From positions 132,184,001 through 132,248,000 of the forward strand of contig NC_042997.1 of assembly GCF_006345805.1 (NCBI RefSeq): a stretch of 64,000 nucleotides of DNA. The letters run 5' to 3'. A model generated the notes under the pieces. It was not told the DNA's origin, made no database searches, and worked only from the letters and a program-made list of their open reading frames with translations. The position numbers and the translations under genes were made by a program. Source of the DNA: Octopus sinensis. Taxonomy: Eukaryota. This document shows positions 12,261-25,007 of the stretch, one piece after another. Position 1 is the first letter of the stretch. Each line of letters begins with the position of its first letter.

Positions 12261-15200
12261 AAAAATACGCGCCGACAAACGAGGGTGTGGGGAGGGCGTA
12301 AGGAAAATTCTAACGATGAAACCCGACAGAATTCGAGTAGTAAAGCTCAACACCCGGTCACAGAAGTGAAACAGAAATCGTCTAAGACTTCTAATGCAAT
12401 GTATATTCAACAAATATTGAGACAAAAATACGCCCTGACAAACGAGGGTTTGGGGAGGGAGCTAGGAAAATACACACGATCAACCGTACAGAATTTGAGA
12501 CGTATAGCTCAACACGCGGTCACAGAAGTGAAAACGAAATCGTCTAATATTTCTAATGCAACGTATATTCAACAAATATTGAGACAAAAATGCGCGCTGA
12601 CAAACGGGTTAGTGGGGAGGGGGATAGGAAATTACACACGATCAAACGTACAGAATCCGAGCAGTATAGCTCAACACCCTGTCACAATTGAAACAGAAAA
12701 CGTCTAATACTTCTATACAATGTATATTCAACAAATATTGAGACAAAAATACTCGCTGACAAACGAGGCAGTGGGTAGGGGGCTAGGAAAATTCCAACGT
12801 TGAACCCTACAGAATCCGAGCATTAAAGATCAACACCCGGTTACAGAAGTGAAACAAACATCGTCTACTACTTCTAATGCAATGTGTATTCAACAAATAT
12901 CGAGACAAAAATGCGCGCTGACAAACGAGGGTGTTGAGAGGGAGCTAAGAAAATACACACGATAAAACGTACAGAATCCGAGCAGTAAAGCTCAAAACCC
13001 GGTCACAGAAGTGAAACAGAAATCGTCTAATACTTCTAATGCAATGTATATTCAACAAATATTGAGACAAAAATACGCTCTGACACACGAGGGGGTGGGG
13101 AGGGGGCTAAGAAAATTCCAACGATGAACCCTATAGAATTCGAGCAGTAGAGCTCAACACCCGGTCACAGAAGTGAAACAGAAATCGTCTAATACTTCTA
13201 ATGCAATGTATATTCAACAAATTTTGAGTAAAAAATGCGCGCTGACAAACGGGGGAGTGGGGAGGGCGCCAGGAATTTACACACGTTCAACCGTAAGGAA
13301 TCCGAGCAGTAAAGCTGAACAGCCGATCACAGAAGTGAAACAGAAATCGTGTAATACTTCTAATGCAATGTATATTCAATAAATATTGAGACAAAAATGC
13401 TCGCTGACAAACGAGAGTGTGAGGAGGGGGCTAGGAAAATTCCAACGATGAACCCTATAGAATTCGAGCAGTAAAGCTCAACATCCGGTCACAGAATTGA
13501 AACAGAAATCGTCTAATACTTCTAATGCAATGTATATTCAACAAATATTGAGACAAAAATGCGCGCTGACAAACGGGCATGTAGGGGGGGGGGCAGGAAA
13601 TTACACAAATCAACCTTACAGAATCCGAGCAGTATAGCTCAACACCCGGTCACAGAAGTGAAAACGAAATCGTCTAATACTTCTAATGCAATGTATATTC
13701 AACCAATATTGAGACAAAGATACGCGCTGACATACGGGGTCGTGGGGAGGGGACTCTAAAATTACATACAATCAACCGATCAAAATCCGAGCAGTATAGC
13801 TCAACACCCGGTCACAGAAGTGAAACAGAAATCGTCTAATACTTCTAATGCAATGTATATTCAACCAATATTGAGACAAAGATGCGCGCTGATACACGGG
13901 GTTGTGCGGAGGGGACTCGGAAATTACATACGATCAACCGTTCAGAATCAGAGCAGTAAAGCTCAACACCCGGTAACAGAATTGAAACAGAAATCATCTA
14001 ATACTTCTAATGCAATGTATATTCAAGAAATATTGAGTGAAAATACGCGCTGACAAACGAGGGTGTGGGAAGGGGGCTAGGAAAATTCCAACGATGGACC
14101 CTACAAAATTCGAGCAGTAAAGCTCAACACCCGGTCACAGAAGTGAAACAGAAATCGTCTAATACTTCTAATGCAATGTATATTCAACAAATATGAAGAC
14201 AAAAATGTGTGCTGACAAACGGGGTAGTAGGGAGGGGGCTAGAAAAATACACTCGTTCAAACGCACGGAATCCGAGCACTAAAGCTCAACACCCGGTCAT
14301 AGAAGTGAAACAGAAATCGTCAAATACTTCTAATGCAATGTATATTCAACAAATATTGGGATAAAAAGGCGCGCTGACAAACGTGGGAGTGGGGAGGGGG
14401 CTACGAAGTTACACACGATCAAACGTACGGAATCGGAGCAGTATAGCTCAACACCCGGTCACAGAAGTGAAAACGAAATCGTCTAATACTTGTAATGCAA
14501 TGTATATTCAACAAATATTGAGACAAAAATGCGCGCTGACAAACGAGGGTTTGGGGAGGGGGCCAGGAAATTTCCAACAGCGAACCCTACAGAATTCGAG
14601 CAGTACAGCTCAACACCCGGTCACAGAAGTGAAACAGAAATCGTCTACTACTTCTGATGCAAGATGTATTCAACAAATATTAAGACAAAAATATGCGCTG
14701 ATAAATGGGGGAGTGGGGATGGGGCTAGGAAATTACACACGATCAACCGTAAAGAATCCGAGCAGTATAGCTCAACAGCCGGTCACAGAAGTGAAACAGA
14801 AATCATCTAATATTTCTAATGCAATAGAAATAATATTTCTAATATTCAACAAATATTGAGACAAAAATGCGCACTGACAAACGGGGGAGTGGCGAGGGGG
14901 CTAGGAAATAACACAAGATCAACCGTAATGAATCCGAGCAGTGTAGCTTAACATTCGGTCAGAGATGTGAAAACGAAATCGCCTAATACTTCTAATGCAA
15001 TGTATATTCAACAAATATTGAGACAAAAATGTGCGCTGACAAACGGGGGTGTGTGTGGGGGACTCAGAAATTATATACGATCAACTTTTCAGAATGCGAG
15101 CAGTATGGCTCAACACCCGGTCACAGAAGTGAAACAGAAATCGTCTAATACTTTTAATGCAATGTATATTCAACAAATATTGAGTAAAAAATGCGCGCTG

Positions 15201-17747
15201 ACAAATGGAGGAGTGGGGAGGGGACTAGGAAATTACACACGATCAACCGTAAGGAATCCGAGCAGTGACGCTGAACACCCGGTCGAAGAAGTGAAACAGA
15301 AATCATCTAATACTTCTAATGCAATGTATATTCAACAAATATGAAGACAAAAATGCGCGCTGACAAAGGAGGGTGCGGGGAGGGGGCTAGGAATATTCCA
15401 AAGATGAACCATACAGAATTCGAGCAGTGAAGCGCAACACCCGGTAACAGAAGTGAAATAGAAATCGTTAAATACTTCTAATGCAATGCATATTAAACTA
15501 ATATTTACACAAAAATGCGCGCTGACAAACGGGCGTGTGGAGAGGGTGCTTTGAAAATTCCAACGATGAACCCTACACAATTCGAGCAGTAAAGCTCAAA
15601 ACACGGTCACAGAAGTGAAACAGAAATCGTCTAATACTTCTAATGCAATGTATATTCAACAAATATTGAGACAAAAATACGCGCTGACAAACGAGGGTGT
15701 GAGGAGGGGGCTAGGAAATTACACACGATCAACCGTTCAGAATCCGAGCAGTATAGCTCAACACCCGGTCACAGGAGTGAAACAGAAATCGTCTATTACT
15801 TCTAATGCAATGTCTATTCAACAAATATTCAGACAAAAATACGCGCTGACAAACGAGGGTGTGTGGAGGGGGCTAGGAAAATTCCAACGATGAACCCTAC
15901 AGAATTCGAGCAGTATAGCTCAACACCCTGTCACAATTGAAACAGAATTCGTCTAATACTTCTAATGCAATGTATATTCAATAACTATTGAGACAAAAAT
16001 ACGCGCTGACAAACGGGGGAGTGGGGAGGGGGCTAGGAAATTACACACGATCAACCGTTCAGAATCCGAGCAGTAAAGCTCAACACCCGGTCACAGGAGT
16101 GAAACAGAAATCGTGTATTACTTCTAATGCAATGTCTATTCAACAAATATTCAGACAAAAATACGCGCTGAGAAACGAGGGTGTGTGGAGGGGGCTAGGA
16201 AAATTCCAACGATGAACCCTACAGAATTCGAGCAGTATAGCTCAACACCCTGTCACAATTGAAACAGAATTCGTCTAATACTTGTAATGCAATGTATATT
16301 CAATAAATATTGAGACAAAAATACGCGCTGACAAACGGGGGAGTGGGGAGGGGGCTAGGAATATTCCAACGATGAACCCTACAAAATTCGAGCAGTAAAG
16401 CTCAACACCCGGTCACGGAAGTGAAACAGAAATCGTCTAATACTTCTAATGCAATGTATATTCAACAAATATTGAGACAAAAATACGCGCTGACAAACGA
16501 GGGTGTGGGGAGGGGGCTAGGAAATTACACACGATCAACCGTTCAGAATCCGAGCAGTATAGCTCACCACCCGGTCACAGAATTGGAACAGAAATCGTCT
16601 AATACTTCTAATACAATGTATATTCAACAAATATTAAGACAAAAATACGCGCTGACAAGCGGGGGAGTAGGGAGGGGACTAGGAAAATTCCAACGATGAA
16701 CCCTACAGAATTCGAGCGGTAAAGCTCAACACCCGGTCACAGAATTGAAACAGAAATCGTCTAATACTTCTAATTCAACGTTTATTCAACAAATATTGAG
16801 ACAAAAATGCGCTCTGACAAACGGGAGAGTGGGAAGTGGACTCGGAATTTACACACGATCAACCGTTCAGAATCCGAGCAGTAAAGCTCAACACCCGGTC
16901 ACAGAAGTGAAAACGAAATCGTCTAATACTTCTAATACAATGTATATTCAACAAATATTGAGAGAAAAATGCGCGCTGACAAACGGGGGAGTTGGGAGGG
17001 AGCCAGGAAAATACACACGGTCAAACGTACAGAATCCGAGCAGTATAGCTCAACACCCGGTCACAGAATTGAAACAGAAATCATCTAATACTTCTAATGC
17101 AATGTATATTCAACTAATATTGAGACAAAAATGCGCGCTGACAAACGAGGGTGTGGGGAGGGAGCTAGGAAATTACACACGATCAACCGAACAGAATCCG
17201 AGCAGTAAAGCTCAATACCCTGTCACAATTGAAACAGAATTCGTCTAATACTTCTAATGCAATGTATATTCAATAAATATTGAGACAAAAATACGCGCTG
17301 ACAAACGTGGGAGTGGGGAGGGGGCTAGGAAAATTCCAACGATGAACCCTACAAAATTCGAGCAGTAAAGCTCAACACCCGGTCACAGAAGTGAAACAGA
17401 AATCGTCTAATACTTCTAATGCAATGTATATTCAACAAATATTGAGACAAAAATACGCGCTGACAAACGAGGGTGTGGGGAGGGGGCTAGGAAATTACAC
17501 ACGATCAACCGTTCATAATCCGAGCAGTATAGCTCAACACCCGGTCACAGAATTGAAACAGAAATCGTCTAATACTTCTAATTCAATGTGTATTCAACAA
17601 ATATTGAGACAAAAATGCGCTCTGACAAACGGGAGAGTGGGAAGTGGACTCGGAATTTACACACGATCAACCGTTCAGAATCTGAGCAGTAAAGCTCAAC
17701 ACCCGGTCACAGAAGTGAAAACGAAATCGTCTAATACTTCTAATACA

Positions 17748-19380
17748 ATGTATATTCAACAAATATTGAGACAAAAATGCGCGCTTACAAACGGGGGAGT
17801 TGGGAGGGAGCCAGGAAAATACACACGGTCAAACGTACAGAATCCGAGCAGTGTAGCTCAACACCCGGTCACAGAATTGAAACAGAAATCGTCTAATACT
17901 TCTAATGCAATGTATATTCAACAAATATTGAGACAAAAATGCGCGCTGACAAACGGGGGTGTGGGAAGGGAGCTAGGAAATTACACACGATCAACCGTTC
18001 AGAATCCGAGCAGTACAGCTCAACACCCGGTCACAGAAGTGAAACAGAAATCGTCTAATACTCCTAATGTAATGTATATTCGACAAATATTGAGACAAAA
18101 ATGCGCGTTGACAAACGGGGGAGTGGGGAGGGGCTAGGAAAATTGCAACGATGAACCCTACAGAATTCGAGCAGTAAAGCTCAACACCCGGTCACAGAAG
18201 TGAAACAGAAATCGTCTAATACTTCTAATGCAATGTATATTCAACAAATATTCAGACAAAAATACGCGCTGACAAACGAGGGTGTGGGGAGGTGGCTAGG
18301 AAAATTCCAACGATGAACCCTACAGAATTCGAGCAGTAAAGCTCAACACCCGGTCACAGAAGTGAAAACGAAATTGTCTAATACTTCTAATGCAATGTAT
18401 ATTCAACAAATATTGAGAAAAAAATACGCGCTGACAAACGGGGGTGTGGGGAATGTGCTCGGAATATACACGATGAACCGTACAGAATCCGAGCAGTAAA
18501 CTCAACACCCGGTCACAGGAGTGAAACAGAAATCGACTAATACTTCTAATACTATGTATATTCAACAAATATTGAGACAAAAATGCGCGCTTACAAACGG
18601 GGGAGTTGGGAGGGAGCCAGGAAAATACACACGGTCAAACGTACAGAATCCGAGCAGTGTAGCTCAACACCCGGTCACAGAATTGAAACAGAAATCGTCT
18701 AATACTTCTAATGCAATGTATATTCAACAAATATTGAGACAAAAATGCGCGCTGACAAACGGGGGTGTGGGAAGGGAGCTAGGAAATTACACACGATCAA
18801 CCGTTCAGAATCCGAGCAGTACAGCTCAACACCCGGTCACAGAAGTGAAACAGAAATCGTCTAATACTCCTAATGTAATGTATATTCGACAAATATTGAG
18901 ACAAAAATGCGCGTTGACAAACGGGGGAGTGGGGAGGGGCTAGGAAAATTGCAACGATGAACCCTACAGAATTCGAGCAGTAAAGCTCAACACCCGGTCA
19001 CAGAAGTGAAACAGAAATCGTCTAATACTTCTAATGCAATGTATATTCAACAAATATTCAGACAAAAATACGCGCTGACAAACGAGGGTGTGGGGAGGTG
19101 GCTAGGAAAATTCCAACGATGAACCCTACAGAATTCGAGCAGTAAAGCTCAACACCCGGTCACAGAAGTGAAAACGAAATTGTCTAATACTTCTAATGCA
19201 ATGTATATTCAACAAATATTGAGAAAAAAATACGCGCTGACAAACGGGGGTGTGGGGAATGTGCTCGGAATATACACGATGAACCGTACAGAATCCGAGC
19301 AGTAAACTCAACACCCGGTCACAGGAGTGAAACAGAAATCGACTAATACTTCTAATACTATGTATATTCAACAAATATTG
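17748..19380 (+). repeat. Perfect 806-bp (5-monomer) tandem duplication at the array edge
   Basis: Read-through comparison of 17761.. with 18567.. found no difference; ORFs 17391..18137 and 18521..18943 end in identical peptides 806 bp apart. Confidence 0.9.
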
Positions 19381-19604
19381 TTGGGTGGACAAACACACAT
19401 ACACCCACACACATATATATATATACATATATACATATATATGACGGGTTTCTTAAATTTTCCGTCTACCAAACCCACTCACAAAGCTTTTGTTGTCTCG
19501 AGGCTTTAGTAGAAGTTACTTGACCAATGTACCACGCAGTAGGACTGAACCCTGAACCATTTGGTTGGTAAGGAAGCTACTTACCTCATAGCCACTCCAC
19601 TCCT
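19381..19604 (-). mobile_element. tRNA-headed SINE, family A (diverged), terminating the satellite array
   Basis: Reverse complement of the family A head/body seen intact at 48901 and 58988 (...TTTCCGTCTACCAAACCCACTCACAA...GGACTGAACCC...). Confidence 0.85.
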
Positions 19605-19610
19605 TTAATT

Positions 19611-20126
19611 TCTATATATTTCTCGAACGCGTTCCCTTTTAATCTCGCCAGCGCTGTTTCCTCGGACACATTTCTCGACACATCTCATGTTTTTTTGTAA
19701 CTTTCAAGTAAAACAATAAAAAAATCCTTAATTTCATATTGCTGTGTGAAAAATACTCCGAAAGAAATCTTTGCAGAAAGGTGAGCAGATTGATTACACA
19801 TTTCATTTCATTATGTTACCGTGTGTATTTTCCGAGCCCCCTCCTCACGTCCCTGTTTGTCAGCGCGCAGTTTTGTCTCAATATTTGTTGAATATACATT
19901 GCATTAGAAGTATTAGACGATTTCTGTTTCACTCCTGTGACCGGGTGTTGAGCTTTACTGCTGGGATTCTGTACGGTTGATCATATGTATTTTCCGAGCC
20001 CCCCTCCCCGTTTGTCAGCGCGCATTTGTTCCGTCATATTCCTTTAATATACGATGCATTACACCTGTTACACATTTTCGTTTCCATTTTTCCCACCGGG
20101 TGCGGATCTAGATCTGTGGTTACTAG
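19611..20126 (+). mobile_element. Putative non-autonomous Helitron-like module carrying ~1.3 satellite monomers plus one diverged monomer
   Basis: Starts TCTATATAT (19611); inverted-orientation satellite 19820-20027; diverged monomer 20028-20101; palindrome GATCTAGATC (20105-20114); CTAG|T at 20123-20127. Confidence 0.45.
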
Positions 20127-20842
20127 TTTAATTCTACTTGCACAGCACATTTCAGTCGACCAAAGCATTGTGAATGAAACTTTGTTGACAGAAACTCAGA
20201 GTAGCTTTGCTGAATGGAACGCTGGTCTTGTTTTAGGGTGCAATACTCAATCTGTTTACCATGACTGGCGTTCATTCTGTGGAAATCATGCCGGTCAGGC
20301 ATCCGGTATTAAGATAACCTACTCTTTTTCTCAGGCCAATCTCAGCAACCTTGGAAAAGGTCATGAGCGTTGTCCTTCGCCATCTAAATTAACCATAAAA
20401 ATTCCCCAGCTGGGTTGCTTTATTCTCCTAGATAATACTCAATAGTTGCTCTTTTTCATATCAAGATATTTAGGGACAGAACTGTTAGCTCTTCTTAGTA
20501 TTGGCATATTTGACTAGTGTATCAGCTTAAAACTGATTTATCTTTTCCGTCCCAGCCTTATAAGAGTTTTTCTTACCGTATCACTTTACCATGGAGTTTC
20601 GTATCTTAAATTTATTTTCAAATCCTTTTTATCTTCACAGATGTTCGTTTGTTTCAACCTCTGTGTAATAACTGCTGGCCACCCTGGAAGTGGAGAACTT
20701 TTGTTAATCTATTAGCTCAGCTCTAATCTGTAGTAGCTGCTAATGATTCGAAGAAGTATTATTATCTATATTTTCAGCAGTATTCTAATTGCTGATGTTC
20801 ACCTTTCTTTGAGGTAAAAACAGATTCTAAATATCTTTAATC

Positions 20843-21061
20843 ACGAAGGAATGTTGAAAAGTTCCTGGCTTTGGGTAAAAGAAAATACAGGAGGATCAAT
20901 TACTTATGATTTTATCTAATACATTCCCCTTTCAGATTCACGCACTTGTTGCAGCGGTCCTTTAGTTCTTCTAAGGTCTGTAAAAGAACACAGAAGGTTG
21001 GGCTTTTAACTAGGCCTTTCACGATACCCTTAAAGCCAGGAACTTTTCAGCACCCCTTCGT
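20843..21061. mobile_element. Mariner-type MITE (~219 bp)
   Basis: 30-bp terminal inverted repeats ACGAAGGAATGTTGAAAAGTTCCTGGCTTT / AAAGCCAGGAACTTTTCAGCACCCCTTCGT; the expected TA target duplication is not intact. Confidence 0.8.
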
Positions 21062-21796
21062 TGAATGTTTTTATTGTATCTTGGGTCATTATGCCAGAGA
21101 TAAACGCGCGCGCGCGCACACACACACACACTAGTTCTATTTCACTTCTTTTATTATTATTATTATTATTTTTAGTCAGCTAGTTAAACCATTCGACCAA
21201 TGAATCAATCGATTATTTGATCAACGGTAATCTACGTTCGTAGGAGTTTTTTCGTCACCATTCATGATCTCATCAATGACGTGCTTTCTAAGTTTTGTTA
21301 TTTTCCTTATTTTACTATCCTCGCTATGTTTTTCTAACCATTCAACTGACAACGTTAATGCCGGAGCATCTAACTGCCAAAATAAGATATTGTCAGGTCT
21401 TAGCGACGTAACTGCCGTCTAAAATAAGCATAACAAGTCCAAGTGTGTTACTTGATGTCAGTAAACTTATATGCGTGAGGAGAGAAAATGTCTGAAATAT
21501 CAGTCATACATTCTACGAAGTGATATTTGTAGACAGACGTTAAGTGTGCAAGGGTAATGGGTTTAGAAGGCAGAAAAGAGACTGTAGGATTGTAATATAT
21601 ATAGATTATACGTTCCTAAACGTTTCCTTTCTTAAGGGACATTATATCTTGTTAAATTCACTGATGAATATACACAGACATGACAGATGTAAATAGACAC
21701 CCTTATAATCATTAAAATTCATTAAAATCTTATAATCATTAAAATCTGAAATTATACATTCAAATTGTTTATTAATTGTTATAATGTGAATAACTG

Positions 21797-22764
21797 CTAT
21801 TTAGTTGACAAGCCCTTTGCATTTTTCCGTGAAAGGACCCTATTGATCCGATGACAAATATTCTCTTATGGAATTTCTTGCCAAGTTTCATGCAGTAAAC
21901 TCAAAAGATCTGGCTTTGAAGATGTTTTCTTGTCCTTTTTATGAAATGTCCTGTCCATCATGTCCTATTATGGTGACTGGCTTTTTAATGCCATTCTCAT
22001 CCAACAAATCTTGGGTCATGTTAGCCGTGTGATAAGGAGCCCCCATCTTCCATAAATAAATAGTCTTCTTTAATCATTTTACCACTGGAGAAGATTGGAA
22101 GGAGTCCTTTTTGCAATATGGACACATATTTATCTGAATTTGCTTCCCTCATACTTCACCAGCTCTGATCAACCATTGCCCCAAATTTCTCCCCAGACCA
22201 TCACAGAATAGTTGCCGTGTTTCATTGCTGGTTGCAATCTTTTTACATCAAATTCTTGATCACAGAGTCTCCAGACCCACACTCGACCACTGTCAGGAAA
22301 TACAGTAAATCTGGACTCACCAGAGAATATGATAGTGTCCCAAAATGCTAATGGCCTCTCCACCATCTCACTGGCCCAATCTTTTCTCCGCTTGGTGTTG
22401 GCTGGTCGAAGAAGTGGCTTCCTTCTTACTGCTCTGCCATTGTAACTAAGTTTATGGAGATACCTGACAGCTGTTCTGGGACTGACTTCAACTTGTTCTG
22501 CTATGTCAGAGATCTTGCAACGGGTATTATCCTCCACACTTCTTTTAACAATGAGAAAGGTCTTGTCATAGGGCTTGGGTTGATCTGGGCGAGGTGATGT
22601 AGACTCCTTCTTCTCTCCGGTGAATTGCACACTCACTCTATTAACTGTAGAAAGCGGGATCCTAAGGTTTTCTGCGATTTCACGCTATGTCCACCTTCAG
22701 AATGACCCACAATACGGCCTCTTTGAAATTCAGATGGTCTCTTGGAGCTAATCAACGGCAGCAT
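21797..22764 (-). pseudogene. Tc1-family transposase pseudogene (frameshifts, stops, third catalytic motif region deleted)
   Basis: N-terminal HTH-like SEFQRGRIVGHSEGG; RRKPLL...[12 protein letters not shown]...SGRVWVWR...[11 protein letters not shown] (ORF 22169..22636); downstream frames give YVSILQKGLLP...FMEDG and a C-terminal NAKGLSTK-stop at 21797-21799. Confidence 0.9.
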
Positions 22765-22811
22765 TCGTCCTATATTTCTAGACTGCCATATTAGCTTGGC
22801 GATAACTATCA

Positions 22812-23000
22812 ATATATATATATATAATATAAAATCCGTTCTGTGTGTGTGTGTGTGTCTTCTAGGATCTCGAGCATCCTCCATCCGATTGCGCTCAAAT
22901 TTGATATATAGATACCGGTGGTATCAGAGCGTGTATAAGTCTTGAAAAAATTACAAAAATCGATTCCAGGTGAGAATGCGATCGATAAAGCCGTGGGAAC
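22812..23000 (+). mobile_element. Non-autonomous Helitron-like (Lep1/DINE-type architecture) 5' module inserted upstream of the Tc1 ORF
   Basis: TATATAATAAAATCCGTTC-(TG)n-...CATCCGATTGCGCTCAAATTTGATAT...AAAAATCGATTCC; the layout matches the recalled Lep1/DINE pattern, not a database hit. Confidence 0.45.
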
Positions 23001-23796
23001 GTGCATTTGTACGCGCAAGTACATCAGCTGTTGCGATCGATACTACGCATACGCGAGAAAAATGCGCATGCAGTTTGCGCCAAAAAGCCGGCTGGCTTGA
23101 AATAACGCCACAAAATGCAGTATATTTAAGAGATCAAAAATGTAAGATGCAAAAGAGATATTTTCTTCAAACTTGGCATGAAGGAAGGAAAGACTATTTG
23201 GTTTCTCAAGAAGTTTCTTTTTTGCCTTAACTTCATTTAACAAAACCAAAAATTCTATCGAAATAAAGGCATGCTTAATTATTTTTTAATGAAAAGAAAA
23301 CACTGATTGCTTTTTATTCAAGGAAGAAAATACTATTTTCTTGCTAATAAATGATTTTTGTTATCTTACAGCTTTAAACCCCAAAAAGTGTGTTTTTTAG
23401 TGAAAGAAAACCATTATTGTATTCAATCAAGATTGTTTGAGCTTTATTTCAAGGTGAATGTAGTCAAAATACTTCAATTTTAGAAACAAAAGACTATTTG
23501 CTTGCTTCTTAATCGTGCAATATTTGTACCTCCAGCTAACTCATTTGCATGCATCGTTTTTGTCCTGCTTTTCTTTCGTCCACCTGTACATAACTGCACC
23601 TTCAATTTTTTGTTTCGTTCCTGCCAAGCTTATTGTTTAAACCATGTTTGTGTTCTCCCAGTCAACAGCCTTATCATTATTGGTACTTTAAACTCTTCGG
23701 TTGCATATTTGTGTGAATAAAATCGCTTTTCCTTGGAATAGAAAAAATGTCTATCTTTATTTCTTCTTTTGCTGGTGTCTCAAATTTAGGTTAAAT

Positions 23797-23909
23797 CAGT
23801 GTTTCTCAAAGGGGAGGCCCATGGGACGGTCGGACAAGTTGTTCTGAGAAAATTTGGTTTAAATGTTTGACAATTCAACACCGTCCATTGAATGGGGGGC
23901 GTTTTGCTC

Positions 23910-23978
<69 letters not shown>

Positions 23979-24169
23979 AAGTCAGAATTTTGGAAAAAAA
24001 TCTTTTTATTTCTTCATTATTATTAGCGCTTTCGTTCGTTTCACGAACTTGTCAAATAAAATTTTGTGAATGTAGAAACAGCTTATTCATTTATGAAACA
24101 TGTTTTTGGGGGATTTTGTTTAGAAGAGAACATTGTTTTTGTTTCTTTAGGTAAAATTCCATGACAATG
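23797..24169 (+). mobile_element. hAT-like MITE with internal (TA)n(GA)n
   Basis: Begins CAGTGTTTCTCAA, ends TTCCATGACAATG; the body matches 28734-28960 in reverse orientation. Confidence 0.5.
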
Positions 24170-24640
24170 GGGACGGCTAGATAGAATATAGGTAGGTAGA
24201 TAGGCTGATAGATAGATAGGTAGAGAGAAAGAGAGAGAGAGAAGGGGGATCCCCCTTTCTATTCAGTATTCATTTATTTATTTAGTCATTTACCATTGTA
24301 TTGGAATGGGCTTAAGGATGGTGACCTCTTCAAAAAAAAAAAATGGTGCGGTGTGGTCATCACTGAAGGTTTTTTTGCTTTCTTTCTCTCTTGCCCTCTT
24401 TATTCTTTCCTTCTTTTTTATTCTTTCTTCTTTTTTCTTTTTCTTCTGTTTTTCCTTTCTTTCTTTTCTCCTCTTTCCCTCTTTTTTCCTCTTTCTTATT
24501 CTCCTCTTTGAGCTATATTTAGAATACGAAATGTTCTGTTTCCCTTTTTCTTTCAAACATTCAGTTTTGGAGAGAATTTTTTCGATGATATGTAGTTCTG
24601 CATGAAAAGATATTAGTATAATACCTACAAATTAAAAATC

Positions 24641-24676
<36 letters not shown>

Positions 24677-24683
<7 letters not shown>

Positions 24684-24921
24684 GTAAAAAATAAATACAG
24701 ACATGGACAAGAACATGAAACACCAAAGAGACGACACAAGAACCACAGGACGGGACATTCGAAGCCCTCAGTCATCAGTCAAGAACCAGATCATCTTCGC
24801 AATTTCGGCTGGTTCTTGACTGATGACTGAGGGCTTCGAATGTCCCGTCCTGTGGTTCTTGTGTCGTCTCTTTGGTGTTTCATGTTCTTGTCCATGTCTG
24901 TATTTATTTTTTACTGTTTAC
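24677..24921. repeat. Perfect fold-back palindrome, 113-bp arms, 19-nt loop, flanked by (TA)n
   Basis: 24677-24789 is the exact reverse complement of 24809-24921. Confidence 0.95.
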
Positions 24922-24975
24922 ATATATAATCGGCGGCTACGTATCCACAATTGTCCTTATACGATAAGTATATTT

Positions 24976-25007
<32 letters not shown>

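Larger units (their letters stand above)
1..19380. repeat. 162-bp tandem satellite array (~120 monomers), two monomer types A and B, several internal inversions; continues off the left edge
   Basis: Consensus-like unit GAATCCGAGCAGTAAAGCTCAACACCCGGTCACAGAAGTGAAACAGAAATCGTCTAATACTTCTAATGCAATGTATATTCAACAAATATTGAGACAAAAATGCGCGCTGACAAACGGGGGAGTGGGGAGGGGGCTAGGAAA followed by TTACACACGATCAACCGTACA (A) or ATTCCAACGATGAACCCTACA (B). The 54-aa periodicity in ORFs 1502..1885 and 5552..5992 gives 162 bp. Confidence 0.98.

Noticed and set aside
17400-17570. Hammerhead in the satellite itself (CTGAC-AA ... GAAAC-AGAAATC-GTC), as in newt or schistosome satellites
   Set aside because: G8 is missing (CTGACAA), there is no stem I complementarity and no credible stem II.
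1-19380. CRISPR-like periodicity
   Set aside because: The whole unit is repeated; there are no unique spacers and no cas genes; the context is eukaryotic.
639-19509. Many ORFs with 54-aa repeats (KQKSSNTSNAMYIQQILRQK...), up to 248 aa
   Set aside because: The monomer is 162 bp (a multiple of 3) and type A lacks a stop in one frame. ORFs end at B monomers (FQR*) or indels and occur on both strands following array orientation; no domain recognised.
20130-20780. Possible second Tc1-like fossil on the minus strand (KSSPLPGWPAVITQRLKQ)
   Set aside because: Only one short motif resembles the family, with many stops; insufficient without a profile search. ORF 20026..20445 on the plus strand has no recognisable features.
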